Assembly (NCBI RefSeq): GCF_006345805.1
Contig: NC_042999.1
Location: 60,636,001 to 60,700,000 of the forward strand
Length of the DNA: 64,000 bases
Origin: Octopus sinensis
Taxonomy: Eukaryota
Reading direction: 5' to 3'
The notes under the pieces were generated by a model that saw nothing but the letters and a program-made list of their open reading frames with translations, did not search any database and had not been told where the DNA came from. Positions 53,841 through 64,000 of this stretch are shown here, piece after piece. Made by a program: the position numbers and the translations under genes. How positions within the stretch are numbered: position 1 is the stretch's first letter; each line of letters begins with the position of its first letter.

Positions 53841-54915
53841 TATATAATAATCCTTTCTATTATAGGGCACAAGAGCTGACATTTTAGGAGAGGTGGGGGA
53901 TAATCGATTACATTGATCCTGCCTTATCTAAATGTATGATAACGGTTTCAAATTTTAGCACAAAGCCAGAATTTTCGGGAGAGTGGATAAACCGATGATT
54001 TCAATCCCAGTGCGCAACTGGTATTTATTTTATCTACGCAGAATTGAGGAAAGGCAAATGTGACCTTGACGACATTTGAACTTTAAACGTTAAACCGGAA
54101 AAAATGCAGCTAGAGCTTTCTACTTTCCGGCCTGCCATCGGATCTATCAGATCATCGCCTTCCCTGTATATACTATAATTCTTTATATTACAAGGCCTAA
54201 CATTATTGGGGAAAACGGTTTGTTGATTATATCCATCTCCGCCTTTCCAACATATATAATGACAAATTGTGTGTATTCTACCTCAGAATCAAATGGAAAC
54301 CTTTAGAACTAACGGGACCCGTGAATATTTCACGAAATTAATGGTAAACCTATTTCGATATTTCCGAATACTTTATTTAAAAAGCCTGTAAGTGTAGCCT
54401 GTGTTGTGTCTATATGGAAAGATAGTCGCTCATCTGCTGCTCATTGAAAAGTGAAAGAAATTGGAATATGATGATTACTTAATACACTGTATAAACGCAC
54501 TCTATATATGCTCTTTATAATTCATGCACAATTTTATACACTTACAAAATAGCACTCATAAAATAAATATTCACTCTTATTTTTACATTTTCTGCATAAA
54601 CGAAAATGCAATTTTTCTTACATATGATACAAGCTTTAGTTAAATTTCATATATTTGCCACGTAAATAGGTGTGAATATTTCCCGAAATTGCAATTATGC
54701 GCATGCGTTTAGTGATATGTGATATAAGAAACTTCGTCCAATTTAAAAAAAATACACTCTTCACTATCCAATCACCACCGCAATTTCCACTACCTCAATG
54801 TCTACCACCACTAGTACCTCCACCCCAACCACCACAACCACCACCACCACAACCACCACCACCATCTTCATTTTTCTCTCCCTCTCATCCTCGACTCTCC
54901 CTCCTTTCTTTCTCC

Positions 54916-54963
<48 letters not shown>

Positions 54964-55987
54964 CTTTCTGCCTTTCTTTAACTTCACCATCTGAACATCA
55001 CCCCTCTACTAAAATTATATCTTTAACTCTCCTCCTATACATTCAACTAAATTTTTCAACCCAGTAATGAATATTACGTTTCCCCTACCTCACGTCTTGG
55101 ACGCTTCTCTCTCCGTCTTCTTCTTCTTTCTCCCCCTTTCTCTCTCACTCTTCGCCTTATCCTTTTTTTCTGTCTCCTTTTTCTTTACCCTCTCTTTTCC
55201 TTCAACTAATCACGAGGATGCGTTACAATTACATGCCCTCTACTTCACGTCATGGACGCTTAGCTCTCCCTCTTTTTTCTCTAATCACGTGAAAGCCTTA
55301 CCGCCGCGCTAAGTAACGCAATGATAAGCAGAATTATACTGACATTATTCTACAGATCTTTATTGTTTCCATATATAGCTGTCGGTTTTAGAAGCTTGAA
55401 AACAATCTTATTGTAATTTAAGGACATCTCACTTGCCTTTAGCTAAGCATGATTTAGCTTTTCTAATTTAGAGTCAGGCCTGACACATTTTCAGGAATCG
55501 TAAACTCTCCGTCTCTGATTAACTTACCTCATTCTAATTTCATTTAGAGACGGCTATTTTACGTAAAGTGTCTTTCTTTCTAAAGAGAATATTGAAAGGA
55601 ATTTAGTTGCTAATTGCCGACATGTTCTGGAAAATAGGGAAACCGTGCTTGCTTCCCATTCACGCATATCAACAAAACGCGCTCGTTCACACAGGCGTGC
55701 GCGAGAGTAATTTACTATCTAATTGGCAGAAGTTACGAAGTAACAAGAGATTCGTGCGTGGAGTTTATCAAAGTAACAATATCGATGCACGAAACACTCC
55801 GCCTTTCTGTTTCCTTGTACCTTCTGCCGATTGAAATAATGATATTTACTCGTGTGTTTTGTTCTGCTTATTTGTATACCAATTCTGTATATAGTACACA
55901 TACTCTTTTACTCTTTTAATATGGAAGATTGTCCTTCTTTCGGAGTTCGTAATAAGAGAAAGCTAAATTGCTCATTTTGTTACTTTC

Positions 55988-56160
55988 TGTTCTACATTTA
56001 AGAGATGAGGAATTATATACATTATTTACAATTGACGGATATTTGTCCTCATCTTGTTTGTTGTTAACATAACGTTTCGGCTGATATACCCTCCAGCCTT
56101 CTTCAGGTGTCTTGGGGAAATTTGGAACCTTGCTTCTCGTTCTTAAGGTATTTTTCGATG

Positions 56161-56207
<47 letters not shown>

Positions 56208-56291
56208 ATTACTGCCCGGAATCGAACTCGGAATCTTGGGGTGAGTAGCCCGCACTATTAACCACTACGCCATATGCCCGTGGGCATATGT
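55988..56291 (-). mobile_element. tRNA-headed hammerhead element (head, (TAA)n, hammerhead body)
   Basis: Minus strand: A box TGGCGTAGTGG, B-box-like GAGTTCGATTCC, (TAA)n, body homologous to 41719-41900. Confidence 0.85.
56065..56112 (-). ncRNA. Hammerhead motif with a helix I mismatch
   Basis: AGACAC-CTGAAGA-A-GGCTG...CAGCC-GAAACGT-T-ATGTTA. Confidence 0.6.
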
Positions 56292-56577
56292 TAGTTTCTG
56301 TTTAGCTGTTTGATTATTGCCAGTCTGAGTTACCCAAAGCAGTACAAACTGCGTCCTCCTCAGGTTAGTGCCGAGCAGACGTTAAACGGAGATCCTGAAT
56401 GGTTAATCGTGGATTCGAGATTACCAAAATATTACCATTTACTCTATTTCCCATGTCTTCGCTACCCCTGCTTGTTTATATGAACATATGTGTGTCTGTG
56501 TATGTGCGTGTGAATGCGTACTACATACATGACTACATAGACATTCACACACACGCAAATATACATACACACATATA

Positions 56578-56890
56578 TCACCGTGATCACCGTGACCGAC
56601 CAGGCTATCAGATGTTGCTGCACATCGCTGGTCACAATGCGCTTCGCATTGTTTTAGCCTTCAAATGACGCCACCCCGCTGGCTAAGCGAGCTGGCCAAC
56701 AGAAGAAAGAGTGAGAGAAAGTTGTGGCGAAAGAGTACAGAAGGGGTTGCCCCCCCTCCCTGCCGGAGCCTCATGGAGCTTTTAGGCGTTTACGATCAAT
56801 AAACACTCACAACGCCCGATCTGGGAATCAAAACCGCGATTCTACGACCGTGAGTCTGCGTCCCTAACCACTGGGCCATTGCCCCTCCAC
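56578..56890 (-). mobile_element. SINE family D, tail variant 2
   Basis: Head and centre as at 18016; the different tail ...gatagcctggtcggtcacggtgatcacgg also occurs at 59160-59240 (+). Confidence 0.8.
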
Positions 56891-56891
56891 T

Positions 56892-56929
<38 letters not shown>

Positions 56930-56930
56930 T

Positions 56931-57037
<107 letters not shown>

Positions 57038-57420
57038 TTCGTATTTATATAACAGAAATCAATGAGACTAGTAATCTGATTGTTATTGCTTTAGTAGGAA
57101 AACAATGTATTTATTAAAAAGCATATCAGAAAGAATAGATATTGCCATTCAGATGTAGCTCTGTCTTCATAGATGTCAGAGAATGAAATGGTGAAAAAAT
57201 AATGAAGTGTTTTATGGCCTATCTGTCTAACTGACTCCACCTGATAGCGCACGCAGATCAACGCAAGCGTGTATGGCTAGACTGCTTGTTGAAGGTTAAC
57301 AGATACCTGGTGAGAGAAGGAGAAGGAATCAAGATGCATCACTAAACCACACCTGAATTTATGGTAGACATTACGAACTGAGGGAAAAAAAAAGCAACGG
57401 AATTCAACACGGAATTACAC

Positions 57421-57813
57421 TCTCTTACTCTTTTACTTGTTTCAGTCATTTGACTGCGGCGATGCTGGAGCACCGCCTTTAGTCGAACAAATCGACCCCG
57501 GGATTTATTCTTTTTTAAGCTTAGTACTTATTCTAGTACCGCTAAGTTACGGGGACGTAAACACATCATCATCCGTTGCTAAGCGATGTTGTGGGGACAA
57601 ACACAGACACACAAACATACACACACATACACATACATATATATACATACACGGGCTTATTTCAGTTTCCGTCTACCAAATCCACTCACAAGGCTCTGAT
57701 CGGCCACAGGCTATAGTAGAAGACAGTTACCCAAGGTTCCACGCAGTGGGACTGAACCCGGAACCATGTGGTTTGTAAGCAAGCAACTTACCACTCAGCC
57801 ACTCCTGCGCCTA
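57421..57813 (-). mobile_element. SINE family B
   Basis: Aligns with 13081-13489. Confidence 0.9.
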
Positions 57814-57823
57814 TACACACACA

Positions 57824-57874
<51 letters not shown>

Positions 57875-57915
57875 TATATAAATACATATATATAATATAT
57901 GTGTGTGTATATATA

Positions 57916-57955
<40 letters not shown>

Positions 57956-57958
<3 letters not shown>

Positions 57959-58963
57959 TTGATCACTTTGACCAACCAGTCCGTCAGGCGTCCATTTGAC
58001 ACCGCTGGTCACAGCACGCTGTCCACTCCTCTCTGGATCGCGCCTTTCTCATCCACGTGATCCCAATCGTCCTCTTGAAATCGTCATTCCACCGTCGTGG
58101 AGGTCTTCCGGGTGGTCTTTTCCGCTCACGCGGGTACCACTCCGCAGCTGCGTGCGTCCACCGATTATCGGTGAGCCGGGCGACGTGTCCAGCCCATCTA
58201 TACTTGCTGCGAGTATACTCTGCGATGATATCCCTCACGCCGGACTTCTTTCTGATAATGTTGCTATTTATGTGCTCTCTCAACGAGATACCAAGCATTG
58301 ACCTTTCATGGCTCTTTGAGCCGTTATCAAACTTTGCTCTTCTCTCTTTGTGGTAGCCCATGTTTCACTACCATATAACATTGCAGGCAGAACTGCACTG
58401 TTAATGAGGTTGGCGCGGGTGGTTCTGTCCAACCTTCCCTTGAGCACATCTCTTATGCCATTGAACACCTTCCATCCGGCCCTTACTCTCCATGAGATCT
58501 CCTTTTTGATATCCCGGCACATATTTACTTCCTGTCCCAGGTAGACATATTCTCTCACCTCGTCTATTTCATCACTACCGATCACCATTCGACCTGTTGG
58601 CACGTTGTCTGACCGCATGAACTTTGTTTTCATGCGGTTCATCTTGAGACCTACTGCAGAACTTTTGATGTCGAGCTCCGTCAGCATGGTCTGAAGCTGA
58701 TCCATGTTTTCAGCGATGAGTACGATGTCGTCAGTGAAACGGGGGTGAGTGAGGAGCTCGCCATTGATGTTGACACCACCTTGCCATTCGATGCCTCTGA
58801 TGATCTGTTCGAGACATGCAGTAAAAAGTTTTGGGGAGATTGTATCTCCTTGCTTCACTCCCTTCTCGACCGGCACTCGTATGGGTGATGACAGTAGAGC
58901 TATGTCGGTGGTGCATCCGGAATTTGCCTCTCTGAGCAGCTGCACATATTGCGCTTCGATTCG
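57956..58963 (-). pseudogene. RTE-clade LINE 3' fragment (RT C-half), one frameshift
   Basis: ORFs 58280-58945 and 57984-58361: KGVKQGDTISPKLF, RFTDDIVL, YVYLGQ, MLYGSETW, RWAGHVAR, KRPPGRPPRRW; short AAGTGATC-AAGTGA tail. Confidence 0.93.
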
Positions 58964-59251
58964 TTATATATACTATATATATATAGTATAATGTAAAGTA
59001 TAATAGCCATCTCAATATGGCTAACCACAAAGGGGGGGGGGTGTTACTGTAGCTTTTTAGCCCCAGGAGATCATCGTCTCCAGCTGGCTTTGTCACACTA
59101 TCTGTGCCCTTATGGTATTTGCAAAGGGAGGCCATCCCTTTCTCGTAAGCCTAAGTGATACGCACCGGACTGAAGCGCATTGTGACCAGTGATGTGTAGC
59201 AACATCTGATAGCCTGGTCGGTCACGGTGATCACGGCGATATATATACATA

Positions 59252-59410
59252 TATACGACAGGCGTCTTTCAGTTTCCGTCTGCCAAATCCACTCACAAGG
59301 CTTTGGTTGGCCCGAGGCTACAGTAGAAGACAATTACCCAAGCTGCCACGCAGTGGGACTGAACCATGTGGTTGGTAAGCAAGCTACTTACCACACAGCC
59401 ACTCCTGCTC
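59252..59410 (-). mobile_element. SINE family B head half
   Basis: Family B match with an internal deletion. Confidence 0.8.
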
Positions 59411-59863
59411 CTGAAGCGAAGTTCTTAACGCAAGTCCTGGCCTTTGAGATAGAATATGTTTAAAGAACTGAAAACGTAAAACACTTAGGTCAATCTCTCC
59501 TATTGAACCCACAGTTCTCGTCACTAGGAACAGAAAATTTTGCATTAGGAGTACATTTTACCGAGATATCAAAAGTCCAAAATCAGTATTCATGATTTTT
59601 CATTTTCGTTATGATACATTCCGAAGTAACATACCATTAGTGTTGTTTAATACCATTATAATTTGTTTAATACAAAATTATTTTATTCAGTAAACAGTAT
59701 TATCAATAACGTGGGAAATTATATCCTTCATGGTTGAGAAGGTATTATAATATGCCAATATATCCTGTGTGGTAGTTCTATTATTATATAACTTTGTTTA
59801 AATGAAAATCTAGATTCGTATCTCCGTAATTGTACACATACATACATACATATATACATATAC

Positions 59864-59895
<32 letters not shown>

Positions 59896-60289
59896 GGCAT
59901 CATATATGAATGACGAGGATTTATGGACGCTCACTACTTTCCCAGGGGCTATTAAATGCGCGTAAATGATGCATTCAATGCTGGAAAGTGAAATAGTCTA
60001 CACTTCATTTATCACGATATTTAACTTAGAAATTCAAAAAATTTCAAGTCGAAATGTATAATGATTTACCAATTACTTGTAGATGACTTCCTGTGACCGT
60101 ACACAAGAGACGAATGCCTTAATTTCTAGTTGACATACATATATGTGAGTGTGTCTGTGTCTGTGTGATTCTGTGTGTCTGTGTCTTTATATATATATAT
60201 ATGTGTGTGTGTGTGGTATATATATATATATATATATATGTATACATATATTATATATATATATACATATATATACATAATATATATAT

Positions 60290-60331
<42 letters not shown>

Positions 60332-60335
60332 ATAC

Positions 60336-60386
<51 letters not shown>

Positions 60387-60897
60387 ATGTATATAAATAT
60401 AGACATATATACATATAAAAGGAAATTTTCTGATTATTCTTGAACAATCCATGAGGACAAATTTTGTCGCTAAAGTTCTTATACTGCGTCATAAAAGCCG
60501 ACGTCGGCATAATGCATACGAAACTACAAGAACTGTAACAAACAAGCAGATGCTGGAGGGAGGTGGACATTATTTATTTGTAGTAGTCTAGCAATAGATG
60601 TCTAGACAGTATAATTTAATATACGCAGTTCTCTTTACAATGTAAGGTGAAGAATCATATTTAAAATCAAGTAGACAGATTTATCTAAGAGAAATTGATG
60701 ATTGTTCACTCAGACTGTCTTTCAAACAGTAACCTTGTTTGCTTGTATGTACACATACACGTGCAAACACACATATACACCATACATACATCCATGTGTG
60801 TGTATATATATATACTTACATACATACATATATATATATATATACATACATATATATATATATACATATATATATATGCATACATACTTACATACAT

Positions 60898-61038
<141 letters not shown>

Positions 61039-61337
61039 GTTATGTATCTATGAATGATTATTTCTTCTCTGTTCCTAGGTGGTGTTAAATCAATTCTTCC
61101 ATGTGTGTTTAATACTGACATCAAAAAGTAATTTACGTTCATTCGAAGGAAACAAACATCATGTGATTTTAAAAATCACACACACAGTTGTCATACCTAT
61201 ATACACACACGCGCAAATACACATTCACACACACACACGCATTCATTCACACAACCACAACCACACACAAACACTCACCGGTGCAACTATACGTATTAAA
61301 GTCCCACATTTATAACCTGATTCATGTGTACGAGTGC

Positions 61338-61370
<33 letters not shown>

Positions 61371-61378
61371 TATATATA

Positions 61379-61451
<73 letters not shown>

Positions 61452-62255
61452 GTATATATATATATTATATACATATATATATATATATACACATATATAT
61501 ATATACATACATATTTATATATGTGTATCTGTGTGTGTGTGTATGAATACCTATCGGGTATCTATGAATATAGTTACATACATTTGTATGTATGTGTTAT
61601 AAATGTTAGGACTCTACCGAGAAGGGAAAAACAGCAAGAAGCAGAATTAAGAATGTGTGTGTGTGTCTGTGTGTGTGTCTCTGTGTGTGTCTGTGTGTTA
61701 AGTAATTCGATAGAATGCTTATCTAATATTTGAATTGCTTTGGGTAACATCATCCTAAAGTTCAATGTTCAATACGGAAACAGTTACACGCAGTTTCTTC
61801 GTTTTGTGTTTATTTTACATCCAGCTATCAACTAACTAAGAATACATTCGAAAATGTAACTTGCGTGATATTGTCAGTAACCCCACCAACACGTTCACAT
61901 TCATCCACCGTGGACTGTCAAGAGTTCAGAGTTGCAGCGAAACTGATCTATTGACCTGCTGTTTAGACTACCAGCTATGTGGAGCTCCGCGGGCTAAAAC
62001 AACTAAGTAGACATGTACGCACCGTTATTCGGACAACGAATCTTCTCTAAGCTTTTGGTATTGGCATTCCTCTAGGATGCTTAAAACAAGACGTGCATAA
62101 TCGATGGACTAGCGTTCAAGAAGCTTGCTTTTTAACCACGCCGTCTCCAGTTCAGTTCCACAGCGCGGTAACATTAACAACTCTTTTCTACAATATCTCT
62201 GGGATGATCAATGTCCCGTGAATAAATTAGATGAAATTATATTTTAACCAGTCAT

Positions 62256-62317
<62 letters not shown>

Positions 62318-62320
<3 letters not shown>

Positions 62321-62509
62321 CTGAAGATTGCTCGACATTTTAAAACTGATGTAATACTTACAGTGTTTAATAAAATGAAGTAGCATGAAACGATTGTACC
62401 ACATAACCTCGGATATACTTGTTGCTTATTGTGATATAATATATATATATATATATATATTAAACATTGTAAGTATTGCATCAGTTTTAAAATGTCGAGC
62501 AATCTTCAG

Positions 62510-62512
<3 letters not shown>
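62318..62512. mobile_element. Inverted-repeat element (~54-bp arms) in (TA)n, with a hammerhead-like core
   Basis: cagctgaagattgctcgacattttaaaactgatgtaatacttacagtgtttaa versus the reverse complement of 62459-62512 (two mismatches). Confidence 0.75.
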
Positions 62513-62595
<83 letters not shown>

Positions 62596-62774
62596 CGTGT
62601 GTGGCGAGAGGGATGCATGTATGTATGCATGCATATATATATATATGTATTATATATATTAAACGTTGACAACTAGAATGTATAATTGCATACACTGCAA
62701 TGTCCAGTCGCTGCTGTCGAAACTTATGTAGGTCAGATGTATATGCTGTAGAAGACTTAAAGAAAGCGGTTTTC

Positions 62775-62895
62775 GGATATGAACGCGGGCTATGACTATA
62801 TACTCAAAACTCAAGGACACAGCGCCGTGCCGTAAATTGAACTCACGAATTGACGATCGTGAGCTGAATACCCTAACCAATAAGCCAGGCATCTT
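62775..62895 (-). mobile_element. SINE family C head fragment
   Basis: Reverse complement carries tggcttattggttagggta...gatcgtcaattcgtgagttcaatt. Confidence 0.6.
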
Positions 62896-63594
62896 CACAC
62901 GTATGAGGAGTAGACCACTTAGAACTAGAAGCCAAATATACCTATCATCTAGAATTATACGCCAAATCCCTCACATATATCATCCTATCGTCTGCAAATA
63001 AACGAACACATTAGATATTTTGGTTCTAGATACATTATGTCGGAATAAAACGTTTGATCACAACGATTGAAAAGCTTTTGATCATAGGTTTTATTGGCCA
63101 GAGCTTAACTAGTGATAAACAACTACAAGCAAAACACTGAAGTAAATTTGCTGTCTCTTCATAGCCGTCTCGTTCTTTACGTTCGGTTAGGTTTTGATAT
63201 CGTTACATACAATGCATTAATATCATATATAACACCGTGAAGAGAATTTACAGACAGTGTTTATACAGAAAGTCTCTTCCTTCAGGGTGAGTTCTTCATC
63301 CCTCACATCATTCATATTTCACATCACCACACAGTGAGGTATTTATATATAGAAAACCATTATTAGATTTATAACGAGCAGTAAGCTAACAGAATCATTA
63401 GCATTTCTTCCGGCTTTACGTTCCGATTTCAGATTCCGCTGATATCATTTCGAGGTCGATAAAATAAGTGCAAGACAAAATATTGGGATTGATGTGACTG
63501 AGTAGTCCTTACCCCAAAGATCTTGATCCTTCTACCTATAGTTGAAAAGATTATTAGATATATAAGATGGCAAATTCTCTCTAATCGAAAGGGC

Positions 63595-63900
63595 TCCAGA
63601 GTTCGGCGCCTGCAAGACACCCAGACGTTCGAGGACACACTTCGTTATTGTTCGTTTCCCCCTCAACATGCTGCAATTGCTGTGAGCTCAGTGACTCCCA
63701 ACCCCACAATACTTCTCGATCCCTGTATTTTAAAGGGGCGGCCTTGTCACATTCTTTGTCACGCGAAATCTAACTTGAAAACTATGTTAAGGGGGGTATG
63801 TGTGTCCGTAGTGTGTTCGGCCATCTACACACTAATTTCAAGAGCAAGCTGTTCTGTTGATCGGTTCAACTGGAACCCTCGTCGTCGTAACCAAATCGGC
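63595..63900 (+). mobile_element. SINE family C-variant, degenerate
   Basis: cctgtattttaaaggggcggccttgtcaca...actggaaccctcgtcgtcgtaacc shared with 40160-40845. Confidence 0.6.
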
Positions 63901-63924
63901 GGCGAGAGACAGACAGACAGACAA

Positions 63925-63986
63925 AGTCAGAGACAGAGTCAGAGACAGAGTCAGAGACAGAGTCAGAGACAGAGTCAGAGACAGAG
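63925..63986. repeat. 12-bp minisatellite (AGTCAGAGACAG) x5
   Basis: Direct reading. Confidence 0.9.
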
Positions 63987-64000
63987 AGGGATGGAGTGAA

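Overview
Eukaryotic, very AT-rich, repeat-saturated window with no intact host gene that I can recognise; it looks intronic or intergenic. The landscape of (TA)n/(CA)n/(GATA)n/(TAA)n microsatellites, several tRNA-derived SINE families, RTE and R4/Dong LINEs and mariner relics resembles a coleoid cephalopod (Octopus-like) genome. That assignment is inference, not a database result. Almost all ORFs in the track are microsatellite artefacts. The real coding signal is transposon-derived: a head-to-tail array of R4/Dong-clade retrotransposons in (TAA)n tracts (28.9-37.6 kb), two RTE LINE 3' fragments (one with C-terminal C2H2 fingers), mariner relics and a Penelope-like GIY-YIG remnant. The most interesting signal is a set of short non-coding elements carrying minimal hammerhead-ribozyme motifs. 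The clearest is a tRNA-headed, (TAA)n-linked hammerhead element that occurs as an inverted (foldback) unit at 41.3-41.9 kb and again at 56.0-56.3 kb, with related hammerhead-like motifs at 0.5, 4.3, 44.5 and 62.3 kb. The window also contains a 1.5-kb tandem duplication, a 237-bp palindrome, Helitron-like non-autonomous elements and one candidate 102-nt exon. All coordinates and alignments were read by eye, and repeat boundaries are approximate.
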